Positions 1 to 11,220 of a stretch of DNA of 64,000 nt are shown here, in pieces. A program made the translations under genes and the position numbers. The DNA lies in the NCBI GenBank assembly GCA_951406725.2, contig OX597816.1:10044001-10108000 (forward strand), read 5' to 3'. The DNA is from Octopus vulgaris (lineage: Eukaryota). Within the stretch, counting starts at the first letter, position 1. Each line of letters opens with the position of its first letter. Under the pieces are notes generated by a model. That model was not told the DNA's origin. It made no database searches and worked only from the letters and a program-made list of their open reading frames with translations.

Positions 1-112
1 TTAATGATTAAATTATTTAATTGTTCAATTTATTATTTTGGTTTCCATTTCTAATTTTTATATATATATACATAGAATAATAAAAAGAAAGTTCTTTGTA
101 CAGTAGTATAAA

Positions 113-491
113 TATTTGGAAAAATGAGTTGAGATGGCTTTTTGGGGGATACTTTTATTTTAATCTTAATAATGTTTACAGTGATTTACTCCCATATGAG
201 TTTCAAGATTCAAGTGGCTGTTTCCAAACTGAAAATTGCATGTTTTACTGGTTGCTTAAATTGCAAAATATATATAAAAATATATATATAAAAATTTATA
301 TATGTTTTTATATATTCTTTGATATTTAAAATGTTTTGCTATTCAAGCAGCGAGTAAAACACATTTTTTCAGTTTGAAAACGGCTACTTGAAACTTATAT
401 GAGAGTAACTCACTGTAAACATTATCATTAAAATTAAAATAAAAATTATCCACTCCACCAAAAGCCATCTCTACTTAGTTTTTCATATATA
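113..491. mobile_element. Fold-back (long imperfect inverted repeat) MITE-like element
   Basis: Left arm gagatggcttttt...aatgtttacagtgatttactcccatatgagtttcaag...ttttactggttgcttaaa is the reverse complement of right arm ttcaagcagcgagtaaaa...cttgaaacttatatgagagtaactcactgtaaacatt...aaaagccatctc; AT-rich centre. Confidence 0.7.
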
Positions 492-1341
492 CATGGTCTG
501 ATCAATAAGTATCCGGACTGTTGGCATAGTACCAAAGCTAAAGCATACTGAGTAAATCTGTTTGGCACTGATTGAGCTTAAACTCTGCTGTGCATGTGCA
601 CTAAGTTTTAAAGTTCTAGCTTGCTTCTGCTATTTGCAGCAGTGCTTGGAAGAAAGGTGTGTAGCATGAGATCTTCGCATTGACCCTGGTAGAGAAAGCT
701 GAGCAGAGAATCAGCATCAAATTTTGTTAAAAGCTTGGTGATACCTGTTCAGAGGCCTACAGAAAGTTTTCAAAATGTTTTCATCATTCTCGCCACAATC
801 AAGGAGATCTTGTGCAACTGAAACCCAAATGTTTTCTTGGTCAGCTAAAAGCAGTTTTGGCACAAACTTGGCAGACATGCACCTCATACTCAAATCTTCA
901 GTGACAATGGACTGAACTGAACCAAAACTAATCTGCACATCCTCTTATAACTCACGGATGGGGATTTGCCAATTTCTTTTCACAGTTGCATGCACATCTG
1001 CAATGTTTTTCTCATCAATATCGACATTTTTTTCGCCCATCTTGGAAATGTCTGAACCACTTATACACTTGTGTGCCACTCATACACTCCTCTCCTTACA
1101 TTTTCTGCAACTTTGCGTAGGTCTCTGAGCAAGTATCGCCATGACAACTTCCTCTGTCATCGTCAAATGAGACAATCACTCACTACACACCTTCCTTCCA
1201 AGCACAGCTGTAAACAGCAGAAGTGAGCTTAGTGCACATGCACGGCAGAGTTCATGGTCAATCTATGCCAAGTGGCTTCACTCTGTGTGCTTTAGCTTCT
1301 TTACTATGGCAACAGTCCGGATATTTATTGATCAGATCTCA
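492..1341 (-). mobile_element. Non-autonomous mariner derivative with long inverted termini (two 5' ends), copy 1
   Basis: Termini ggtctgatcaataagtatccggactgtt / aacagtccggatatttattgatcagatc; minus-strand transposase remnant MRCMSAKFVPKLL; a second transposase start (EKAEQRISIKFC) on the plus strand; no catalytic domain. Confidence 0.85.
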
Positions 1342-1839
1342 CGCACACAAGAAATACAGAAAATGTAACCACTGTTTAAGCTTTATATAATATACACAGA
1401 ATATGATGTGCAGTGTATCATTGAAACATGTACATTGTATAAAGCATAAATACCTGTTATATTTTCTGTGTCCCCATTCTAGATAATATGAACTCCACAC
1501 ACCAGCCTATCTAAACCCGTGTTACCAAGGCTTTTGTTAAATCCCATTGAGCGTAGAAGTGCAGTGTGAAATTTATCTGTTTATTCTTTTACTCAGTTGA
1601 CTGCAGCCATGCTGGAGCACCGCCTTTAGTCGAACAAATTGACCCCAGGACCTATTCTTTGTAAGTCTAGTACTTATTCTATCGGTGTCTCTTTTGGTGA
1701 ACAGCTAAGTTCTAAAATCTGTGTAACCATCTAGTTCTTCTACTGCCAAAAATCCTCTTCTGCTTTTCTCGCTTCTCCGATATTTTACCTCCTGATCTCC
1801 TAATGTAATGTGGCCCAACCTCTGGGTTCCTCATCTTGT

Positions 1840-2050
1840 GAGCTGCATGGCAACCTCACTAGTGGCGTAGCAGGAAATAAAGCACCCAGCACATGTTGCA
1901 AAATGGTTGGTGTCAGGAAGGGCATCCAGCCATGGAATCCAATCTGAAGTAAACATTGGAGCATGCTGCAGACCTTGTGACCATCAGATCCTGTCGAACC
2001 ATCTGACCCTTGCGCCAACATGGAGCACGAATGCTAAATGATGATGATAA
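1840..2050 (+). mobile_element. RTE LINE 3' end remnant with (GAT)n tail
   Basis: ggttggtgtcaggaagggcatccagcc...gctaaatgatgatgat matches the 3' terminus of the RTE copy at 23807-25632. Confidence 0.7.
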
Positions 2051-2059
2051 CAATATGCA

Positions 2060-2103
<44 letters not shown>

Positions 2104-2180
2104 TGTGTGTGTGTATACGCACAATGAATAAGTGAAAGAAAAATGTTTATATACTGTAGTGAGTGTTTACTTGTATTATC

Positions 2181-2526
2181 GTGAAGGTGCGTGGCTCAGT
2201 GGCTAGGGCATTCGGCTCACGACCGTAAGGTCGTAAGTTCAATTCTCGGCGACGTGTTGTGTCCTTGTGCAAGACACTTTATTTCACGTTGTTCCAGTTC
2301 ACTCAGCTGGCAACAATGAGTAGTGCCCGTATTTCAAAGGGCCAGCCTTGTCACACACTGTGTCATGCTGAATCTCCCTGAGAATTACGTTAAGGACACA
2401 CGTGTCTGTGGAGTGCTCAGCCACTCGCACGTTAATTTCACGAGCAAGCTGTTCCGTTGATCGTATCAGCTGGAACCCACGTCGTTGTAACCGACGGAGT
2501 GAAACAAAAATAATGAATAAAAAAAA
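2181..2526 (+). mobile_element. tRNA-derived SINE with 12-bp target-site duplication
   Basis: A box (tggctcagtgg) and B box (agttcaattc), A-rich tail, flanked by direct repeat acttgtattatc at 2169-2180 and 2527-2538. Confidence 0.85.
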
Positions 2527-3055
2527 ACTTGTATTATCAATCAGTCATAACAAAATCATTAAATCATTTTAATATATCTTAAACATAGAGCAGTGTGTTT
2601 ATCATGTGGCATGATTAGGATTAAACACACAGACACTATGCAAATACATATTTTGTGTATGTGCATGTGTTTTTGTAAACTCCTCTTTTCTAAGTAACAG
2701 AGATAATTCTTCCGAGCATCTTGATGGTTATTTAATTGTAATGTACTTTTACGTCAACACAGAGTCTTTAATTTACTTTAATCCTCATCAAATAGCTTTT
2801 CACCAAATTTCATTCTCTTTCTTTTCTGTTTCTTTAAAGTACATTTTCATTTAAATAATACATCATGATGAAATTAATTATATGTGTGTGCTTACGTTTG
2901 TATGCATAAACCTGTGTCTATACACAAATACATATGCTTATTTCGTAGTCTGACTTTTGTCTTCTCTTTATCTATTTCTGTTCTTCCCTCTCACACATGT
3001 ATAAACTAATGCATATATACACATGCTCACATGAACTCGCGTATATGTGCCTATG

Positions 3056-3270
3056 AAACGTTAGCACGTCGGGAGAAATGCGTAGCCGTATTTCGTCTGG
3101 CTTTACGTTCTGCGTTCAAATTTCGCCGAGGTTGACTTTGCCTTTCATCCTTCCGGGGTCGATAAATTAAGTACCAGTTGCGCACTGGAGTCAATATAAT
3201 CGACTTAATCCGTTTATCTGTCCTTGTTTGTCCCCTCTGTGTTTAGCCCCTTGTGGGTAGTAAAGAAATA
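3056..3270 (+). mobile_element. tRNA-derived SINE family C (Nin/Deu-like central domain)
   Basis: gttcaaattt B box followed by gcctttcatccttccggggtcgataaattaagtaccag; many copies in this window. Confidence 0.75.
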
Positions 3271-3334
3271 TATGTGCAGAACCCATGCTAGCATGGAGAA
3301 CGGACGCTAAATGATGATGATGATGATGATGATA

Positions 3335-3711
3335 GGTGTAGGAGTGGCTGTGTTAAGTAGCTTGATTATGAACCACATGGTTCCGAGTTCAGTCCCACTG
3401 CGTGGCACCTTGGGCAAGTGTCTTCTGCTTTAGTCTCAGACTGACCAAAGCCTTGTGAGTGGATATGGTAGACGGAAACTGAAAGAAGCCCGTTGTATAT
3501 ATGTATATATATATGTGTATGTGTGTGTGCATATGTTTATGTGTCTATTTGTCCCCCCGCAACATCGCTTGACAACTGATGCTGGTGTGCTTACATCCCC
3601 GTAACTTAGCGGGTACTAGGCTTACAAAGTATAAGTCCTGGGGTCGATTTGTTCGACTAAAAGGTGGTACTCCAGCATGGCCACAGTCAAATGACTGAAA
3701 CAAGTAAAAGA

Positions 3712-3712
<1 letters not shown>
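3335..3712 (+). mobile_element. tRNA-derived SINE family A (CORE-like domain, internal TA/TG microsatellite)
   Basis: gagtggctgtgt...gttcagtccc head, accttgggcaagtgtcttct CORE-like motif, tail gactgaaacaagtaaaagag; at least 10 copies in the window. Confidence 0.85.
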
Positions 3713-3742
<30 letters not shown>

Positions 3743-3746
<4 letters not shown>

Positions 3747-4317
3747 TAAATAAATGGTACAATGAAGTACCGATATTTACTGGAAAATAGCGATCATAAT
3801 AAATACGACACTATTGTATAGCTTCACTGCGTATTTACTAGCAAAGACGTGTGTGTGCAACAAACATGAAAAAAATTTGTCTTACCTCTAGGAAGAACAT
3901 CTGAAAAATGAAAAACCTAGAAACGGATAATGCAGGACTGATTTCAGACTCTTCAAATACATTTGACAATGTAGATTTGATTTGTTCTCATCAGCTGCAT
4001 ATACCTAGACAAAATTTCAAATGTTGCCACATCTATGCCAGTACACTCGTCTGAACGCCAAAACGTTAACAGAACGAGAACAGAGAAGAAGTTTCAATGA
4101 AAATAGTAATGCAATACGAAAGTATTGCTTTCCAGTAAAAGATAGCCCGTAAGGGTAATATTATACGTATAAAAGTAAATAAGTGGTACAATGAAGTACC
4201 GATATTTACTGGAAAATAAATACGACGCTATTGTATAGCTTCACTGCATATATACTAGCAAAGATGTGTGTGTGCAACAAACATGAAAAAAATTTGTCTT
4301 ACCTCTAGGAAGAACAT
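3743..4317 (-). mobile_element. Penelope-like terminal repeat (one ~428-bp unit plus a partial second copy) abutting (TA)n
   Basis: 3743-3900 is repeated at 4171-4317; the unit contains a hammerhead-like core. Confidence 0.6.
3930..4000 (-). ncRNA. Type I minimal hammerhead ribozyme-like motif
   Basis: Minus strand reads ATGCAG-CTGATGA-[42 nt with TCAAATCTACAT/ATGTATTTGA hairpin]-GAAA-TCAG-TC-CTGCAT: 6-bp stem I and intact core, base of stem II imperfect. Confidence 0.6.
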
Positions 4318-4640
4318 GGCTTAGTGGTTAGGGTGTTGCACTCATGATTGGGAGATCATGGGTTTGATTCTCAGACCAGGCGTTGCATTGTGTTCTTGAA
4401 CAAAGCACTTCACTTCATGCTGCTCTGCAATCATTTTGACTTGTGACATGTGGCACCCACCTGTTGCACCTGTACAGGTAATGTCGATTTGAGGGAGGGA
4501 GTGAGCTTATGTCTAAGAAAACGTTTGATCAGTATAAACAAATCATCTTTGTGGTTGTTTGGTAAGAAATTGTCGAACCCTCATACATTGTTTAACAATG
4601 GGAGAGTCCGTTATTTCAGTATGAAAGCTGGATGTTAAAA
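4316..4640 (+). mobile_element. tRNA-derived SINE (related copy at 26520-26810 on the minus strand)
   Basis: tggcttagtggttaggg A box, ggtttgattctc B box; body shared with the 26520-26810 copy. Confidence 0.7.
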
Positions 4641-4749
4641 AGTAATTGATGATATATATGTATATAGTATGTATGTGTTTTGTAATTATATATACGTACA
4701 TGCAAACATCAAACATCTCAGAATTTAGAAGAATGTTACACATGGTAGT

Positions 4750-5030
4750 CATCATCATCATCATCATCAGTGTTTAACGTCTGCTTTCCATGCTGTCATG
4801 GGTTGGACGGTTTGACTGGGGACTGGTGAGCCAGCGGCTGCACCAGGCTCCAATCTCATCTGGCAATATTTTTACAGCTTGGTGCCCTTCCTAATACCAG
4901 CTACTCTGAGAATGTAGTGGGTGCTTTTTACGTGCCACTGGCACAGGAGCCAGTCAGGTGGGCCTGGCATCAATCACATTTGGATAGTGCTTTTTACGTG
5001 CCACCAGCACAGGGGCCAGTCAGGGGGTGT
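4750..5030 (-). mobile_element. RTE LINE 3' end remnant
   Basis: (cat)n...tttaacgtctgctttccatgctgtcatgggttggacgg is the reverse complement of the RTE terminus. Confidence 0.8.
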
Positions 5031-5259
5031 GAATAATACAAGATTGAGAAATGATTACTTTTGCTGAATTCAGATGGTATGAAAGTCAGTGCTGTGTGCA
5101 TTCAATACGAACATGTCACGTAATGCTTTTGCAGTGCCTGTGCTAATACCAATGTTTGGGATAGTAAACCAAACACTTGAAGATATCTGTAACTCAGTTA
5201 TCAAAACTTGACAGATATTGCTATTAATCTTGTAATGTTGGTATGGTTTTACTGCTGCT

Positions 5260-5659
5260 GTTTGTTTGTTTGTTTGTTGAGTGAAGCGGTCTTTGTCCCA
5301 GAGCTCGCAAGATTTCGCCTCTGTAGTGGGAGAAGTCCAAAATGTGGTCCTTTGCTATTTGTAAGACCCGCAGAAGAGAAAGCAGGTCAACCCCCGACAC
5401 CGAGAGCATCGACGGATGGATGAATGCGCATCCAGGCTCAGCGGTTACGTAGGAAGTCGGGGACAAGAAACAGGAAGAAAGAGTGAGAGAAAGTTGGAGA
5501 GAAAGTGTACAACAGGGGTCGCCACCACCCCCTGCCAGAGTCTTGTGGAGCTTTAGGTGTTTTCGCTCAATAAATACACACAACGCCCGGTCTGGGAATC
5601 GAAACCGCGATCTTCCGACCACGAGTCCGCTGCCCTAACCACTGGACCATTGCGCCTCC
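5260..5659 (-). mobile_element. tRNA-derived SINE family B, tail type 2
   Basis: Head is the reverse complement of ggaggcgcaatggtccagtggttagggcagcggactcg...gtttcgattccc; (AAAC)n tail. Confidence 0.8.
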
Positions 5660-6369
5660 TACTGCTGCTGTTCTTTAGCCCCCATGCCAGCTCTCATTGA
5701 ACAGATTTATAATGAAAGACATCCTTGCTGTATCGATGTTGTCTGTTTTTATTTTGAAAACTGCATAGATCAACGTGTTTTCCTTTCTGTGAAATAGCAG
5801 AATGTGACTTGAGGGAGGTTTCACCATTTTACAGTGTTGTGTATGAAAGCATAAATTGGTAAACATATTCAAGAAATAAATTGCTCAAAGGTGAAAACGG
5901 TTGAATATTTAATTTAGGGTAAATGTATTTAGCCCCCACCTTCGCTTGTTTTTTTACCATATTCCTGTTGAAATACACTGCCTTTGTTTGTATTAGTTTC
6001 AAAAATAATGAAGAATTTAATGAAGCAACTGTAATTATTAAACTGGTGAGTGGAACATAAATTAACTGGAAGTTGTGATGTTAAATTTTAATTTAAATCA
6101 CTTTAAAATAGGAAATTTGTGCCATAGAGCCAGGGGCAGTGTCAGGTTGGTTGGTTTGAAAGGGATTATGGAGCACGCACACACACACACACCCACACAC
6201 ACACTTCATTGATAATGTCATTTATTGTCCATGTTCCATGCTAGTATAGTTTTGATTGGTTTGGCATTGTTTATATGGTTGGATACCTTTTCTAACACCA
6301 ACCACTTTGCAGCATGTACACAGTGCATTTTCAATACTATCAATGTGGCACATACATACATACATACAT

Positions 6370-6770
6370 GACTGGCTTCTGTGCCGGTGGCACATAAAAA
6401 GCACCATCCCAACGTGGCCGATGGCAGTGCTGCCTCGACTGGCTTCTGTGCCGGTGGCACATAAAAGCACCATCCCAACGTGCCGATGCCAGCGCCGCCT
6501 TGGCTGGCTTCCATACCGGTGGCACGTTAAAAGCACCAACCGATCGTGACCGATGCTGGACTCCCCTGGCACCTGTGCAGGAGGGACGTAAAAAGCACCT
6601 ACTACACTCGCGGAGTGGTTGGCGTTAGGAAGGGCATCCAGCTGTTGAAACACTGCCAGATCAGACTGGAGCCTGGTGCAGCCCCTGGCTTCCCAGACCC
6701 CGGTCGAACTGTCCAACCCGTGCTAGCGTGGAAAAAGGACGTTAAACGATGATGATGATGATGATGATGC
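6370..6770 (+). mobile_element. RTE 3' UTR remnant with an internal ggtggcacataaaaagcacc repeat array
   Basis: Repeated ctggcttctgtgccggtggcacataaaaagcaccatccc units, then the conserved terminus and (GAT)n. Confidence 0.8.
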
Positions 6771-6772
6771 TG

Positions 6773-6803
<31 letters not shown>

Positions 6804-6809
6804 GAGAGA

Positions 6810-7449
6810 GGTGCAGGAGTGGCTGTGTGGTAAGTTGCTTGCTTACCAAGCACATGGTTTCGGGTTCAATCCCACTGTGTGGCACCTTGAACAAGTGTTT
6901 CTATTATAGCCTCAGGCCAACCAATGCCTTGTGAGCGGATTTGATAGATGGAAACTGAAAGAAGCCCATTGTGTATATATATATATATATAACGGGAAGC
7001 TTTATGAAAATAGACAAAAGACGAAGGCAGGTGGAAAACAAACGAACAATTGTATTAGTATGGCGCTCAGGAAATATAAATAAAACAAGTCTTTAACATT
7101 TCGAGCCTACGCTCTTCAACAGAAAGATACACAGAGAGAAAAAAAAACACAGAAAGAAGGAGAGAAAAAAAAATGCGTGCAGTAGCTAACGAATCAACAT
7201 ATCATCATCATCATCATTTAACGTCCGTTTTCCTATGCCAGTGTATATTTTTGTGTCTGTGTTTGTCCCCCCAACATCACTTAAAACTGATGCCGGTGTG
7301 TTTACGTCCCTGTAACTTAGCGGTTTGGTGAAAGAGACACCGATAGAATAAGTGCTAGGCTTACAGAGAATAAGTCCTGGGGTCGATTTGCTTGACTAAA
7401 GGCCGTGCTCCAGCATGGCCGCAGTCAAATGACTGAAACAAATTAAAGA
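6810..7449 (+). mobile_element. SINE family A interrupted at its TA tract by a Penelope-like terminal fragment (~6991-7200)
   Basis: SINE head 6810-6975 and SINE tail ~7245-7449; the insert carries a hammerhead-like motif and resembles 47548-47745. Confidence 0.75.
7090..7127 (-). ncRNA. Minimal hammerhead-like motif (variant core)
   Basis: Minus strand TCTTT-CTGTTGA-A-GAGC-GTAG-GCTC-GAAA-TGT-T-AAAGA. Confidence 0.5.
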
Positions 7450-7941
7450 ATGTATACACACATACACGTGCATACATTGTATATACACACACGGAGAGCA
7501 AGAGAACAAAGATTGACATGGCATTTAGCTTTTTTTTTTCGTATGTTTCTGGCATTAAATATGTTACCATTAGCATACCTACCGGCTATTTTCCATGCAG
7601 AAAGTGTCTGTAAGTGAAAATTCTTGAATTATTTAGTTTTGTTTAAAATATTGCAGGTTGAAGTCTGCTACATTCCGATTGTAGCCTTTTGGGAGATTGA
7701 CTAAGAATATTTGCTGGAAATCTATTCAGAAACTGAGTGCACATATTAACAGCATCTATATAATATATGCATAGAAACACATCATGGGTAATTATGAATT
7801 AAACTAGAATTTTAATGAACATAAGAAGAGAACAGAAAAGCCATTCAGTGAATTCAGAGCACTCAGTCCTAATGCTTGTACAGATAAAACTTCAGCTCAT
7901 ATAGCAAGAATATCTATTTATATTATGATACAAAGATGCGT

Positions 7942-8321
7942 GGAGGCGCAATGGCCGAGTGGTTAGGGCAGCGGACTCGCGGTCGTAGGATTGCGGTTTC
8001 AATTCCCAGACCGGGCATTGTGAGTGTTTATTGAGCGAAAACACCTAAAGCACCACGAGGCTCTGGCAGGGATGGTGGTGATCCCTGCTGTACTCTTTCA
8101 CCACAACTTTCTCTCACTCTTACTTCCTGTTTCTGTTGTACCTGTATTTCAAAGGGCCGGCTTTGTCACTCTCTGTGTCACGCTGAATATCCCCGAGAAC
8201 TGCGTTAAGGGTACACGTGTCTGTGGAGTGCTCAGCCACTTACATGTTAATTTCACGAGCAGGCTGTTCCGTTGATTTGATCGGATCAACCGGAACCCTC
8301 ATCGTCGTAACCGACGGAGTG
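7942..8321 (+). mobile_element. tRNA-derived SINE family B, tail type 1
   Basis: Same head as 5260-5659; 3' part (gtatttcaaagggcc...taaccgacggagtg) shared with the SINE at 2181-2526. Confidence 0.85.
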
Positions 8322-8616
8322 CTTCCTCCTCCACAAAAATGCTTATCATCATCATTGTTATTTAGTGTTTATCTTCCATGCTGGCATGGCTTTTATGGTC
8401 TGGCAGTATATCACAAACTGAAGGTCTGTATCGAGCTCCAGTATCTGCTATTGTATGGTTTCTACAACTGGATGTTCTTTCTAATGCCAACTACTTTACA
8501 GAGGTGCTTTTTTCATGGCACCAGCACTAGTGAGGTTGCTAAGTCACTTACAAACCAAGCTCCTACAACTGAACAATATATTTATATCTATATCTATCTA
8601 TCTATATATATATAAT

Positions 8617-8649
<33 letters not shown>

Positions 8650-8659
8650 TACATATATA

Positions 8660-8852
8660 TATAGTTTGTGACCGCATGTGTATCGTTGGCGATTTTGTTT
8701 CTCCGTCTTCCCTTCCTTGGTCCTTTCCTTTTTCTATGTTTCTGACAAAGAGCTTCGCTCGAAATGTTAAATCCTCCTTTCGTTTGCTGAGCATCCAATA
8801 ACACTATACTTGTGCCACGTCATCGCGTTGTTGTGTTTTCTCTTTGTTCATT
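8660..8852 (+). mobile_element. Penelope-like terminal fragment after (TA)n with a hammerhead-like motif (8738-8772)
   Basis: GTTT-CTGACAA-A-GAGC-TTC-GCTC-GAAA-TGT-T-AAAT; near-identical copy at 14197-14362. Confidence 0.55.
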
Positions 8853-9039
8853 GTAGAAGTAAATACAATATATTATACATAAATCTTTACAAGAAAATTC
8901 TTACATGGAATCCCCTACCCAGGGTCATATGGACCCTAGTTAAGAACCACTGCTATAAGGTTCTCTCATGCAGCCCTTAAATTTTATCTCTGAAATTACA
9001 TAATGTATTCATATCTTATAATCTTATTCCTGACACGTT

Positions 9040-10300
9040 GTTGGGTTTTTAAAGATTACCCTTTTGTTACGATCCATATGACTCATATAGTTGATGGTTT
9101 GTTCATGGTCTTTGTAGATGGTGGTGATTACATTCAACAGATTTGATAGCAATCAGAGTCAGAACATCGAGAATAAGTCATCTCCTTGAAAAATAAATAT
9201 TTTTTTTATGGGGGTCAGGTTGACTCTTATTCTTTCCTCGGATCTTTTCGGTTTGACCGGCAGTTTTTTCTAGCGGTGTCATACGAAATTGTCACCCATA
9301 ATTATGACCCTAGTATCGATCTATTGCATTTCAATCTGCTTTAGGGTTAGGGTTAGGGGTGGGGGAAGGGTATCTTTTTTTCTTCAGAAATGTAAATAAA
9401 CCCAATCTGCTTCTTAAACGAGGAACATATTCATACGGCACAGAATGTTTTTTTACCTCAATAGACGTCATTGATTGGTTTAAATTGCAGAAATTGAAGA
9501 AAAAAAACAACAAATATCTTACAAACTATAGAATTTTCTCAATAAAGCCAAGAGAAAAAAGATGTTTTATAAACACATTCTACCAGTATACGAAGTTTAA
9601 AAGTGTTTAGTTACGTGGAAATTAAAAAAAAACTGCCGTTCAAACCGAAAAGATCCCTTTCTTCTTTATATTTTGGTGTTATTAATGCTTCCCATTTTAA
9701 TGTGGTATTGTTTATATGCTGTTGTAACATTGCAACTGCTTTGTTTGTTGATGGTGTTTCCAGTATTCAGAAATGTGATCTGTTGTCAAAAGGCTTTTGA
9801 GGAATCAGCTTGATGTCATAGTTTGAATTCTCTTTCTTTCTCCGCTGTCTTCAATAACTGCTCAACCTACCAATGGCTGTTCTTCACATCTCACACATGT
9901 CTTTCCAACATTCTTTTTTAATCCTCGAGGCAAAAATATTATTTTTCAGATCAACAGCCAAACAGTTAGAAAGCGAGCATAGATATCAGGGTTACATCTA
10001 CAGTTGCTTCTGGTGATTTTTTTGTTTTTCAGGAATTAATATTCCTTGCTTTCTTTGGTAACCAGTTTGTTGTTGAGTTTGGTCTATTTAGTAATTCATT
10101 AAATACTGTTGCTATAGATACATGCATACTGATTAAGTACATTAACTAGAACTTGTGAAGGTTTACCAGAAGCCTTTCGAGCGCCCACAGATTTCATTGT
10201 GTCGTATTTGTTTATAGAGTTGTTTTCCTCTTTTACGTCTCTCTTTACATATCTTTCCGTCTCTTTCTCCTTTTGGTTTTTAACCATTTTGCATCTTTAT
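9040..10300 (-). pseudogene. Highly degraded non-LTR reverse transcriptase (R4/Dong-like), interrupted by a MITE
   Basis: Minus-strand remnants in the expected order: GILIP (~10040), QKPFD/KAFD-like (~9790), IFQGDDLFS (~9185) and SHMD (YMDD-like, ~9075); many stops and frameshifts. Confidence 0.5.
9240..9656. mobile_element. MITE with ~30-bp TIRs, GG..CC ends and 8-bp TSD (Merlin- or Mutator-like)
   Basis: ggatcttttcggtttgaccggcagtttttt / aaaaaactgccgttcaaaccgaaaagatcc; flanks ctttcctc and ctttcttc; internal (TTAGGG)3. Confidence 0.85.
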
Positions 10301-10917
10301 CATGTATATCATAATCTGATACACTTCTCCATATAATAACATCTTTATTGTCATTGATATACCTTCTACAGAGGATACTTATTTTCATGTCTTACATTAT
10401 ATTTTAATGTTTGTTTCTCAGATACACAATTCTGAGGAGAAAAGCATTCATCGTTTTCAAAGCAGTTTCATATCCTCAATGTCTTTACAAGAATCAGCTG
10501 TTTAAATATTCATTTTCCTTCAAGGATCTTTTCCTTTCTCGTGATAAATATATTTTCTTACTATTTGAGAAATATTTTCATAATACAACTCTCCTTATTT
10601 CACAGAGAGTAAAGATAAATCTTTTCAGTTTTCTCTGAATTTGTGTCAACTTGTTTTATTTACATTTATTTTTATGAATTTTGCTGACTTCTCAAGTAAC
10701 GAGGCTTCTGCCGAGTTTTGAACCATCTCACTCAAATACTCCATTTTAGGACAACACCCTAACTACAAGTTCATAAAAGGCAAAAGCCAGCTATGAGAAA
10801 TTAACTGTGTTGCTAATGTGAATGTGATTCAACCAATCAGATCAACTGGGGTGTAACTAAATACCAAAGTACTTGAAAGTAATTTTTGTAGATTTTCCCA
10901 ACAATTAAAAGTTTTAG

Positions 10918-11220
10918 TCATCATCATCATCATCGTTTAACGTCCGCTTTCCATGCTAGCATGGGTTGGACGGTTTCACTGAGGGCTGTCAAACCAGATG
11001 GCTGCACCAGGCTCCAATCTTGATCTGGCAGAGTTTCTACAGCTTGATGCCCTTCCTAACACCAACCACTCCGAGAGTGTAGTGGGTGCTTTTACGTGCC
11101 ACAGGTACGAGGGCCAGTTAGGTGGTACTGGCAACAGTCACACTCAAATGGTGTTTTTTATGTGCCACCTGCACAAGAGCCAGTCCAGCACTGGTGACAA
11201 CCTCGCTCAAATGTTTTTTT
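10918..11220 (-). mobile_element. RTE LINE 3' end remnant
   Basis: (cat)n cgtttaacgtccgctttccatgctagcatgggttggacgg. Confidence 0.85.

Noticed and set aside
7942-8015. tRNA-like sequences with A and B boxes
   Set aside because: They are SINE heads continuing into SINE bodies, with no proper acceptor stem or terminator
9341-9358. Telomeric repeat as a chromosome end or fusion site
   Set aside because: Only three units, internal to a MITE
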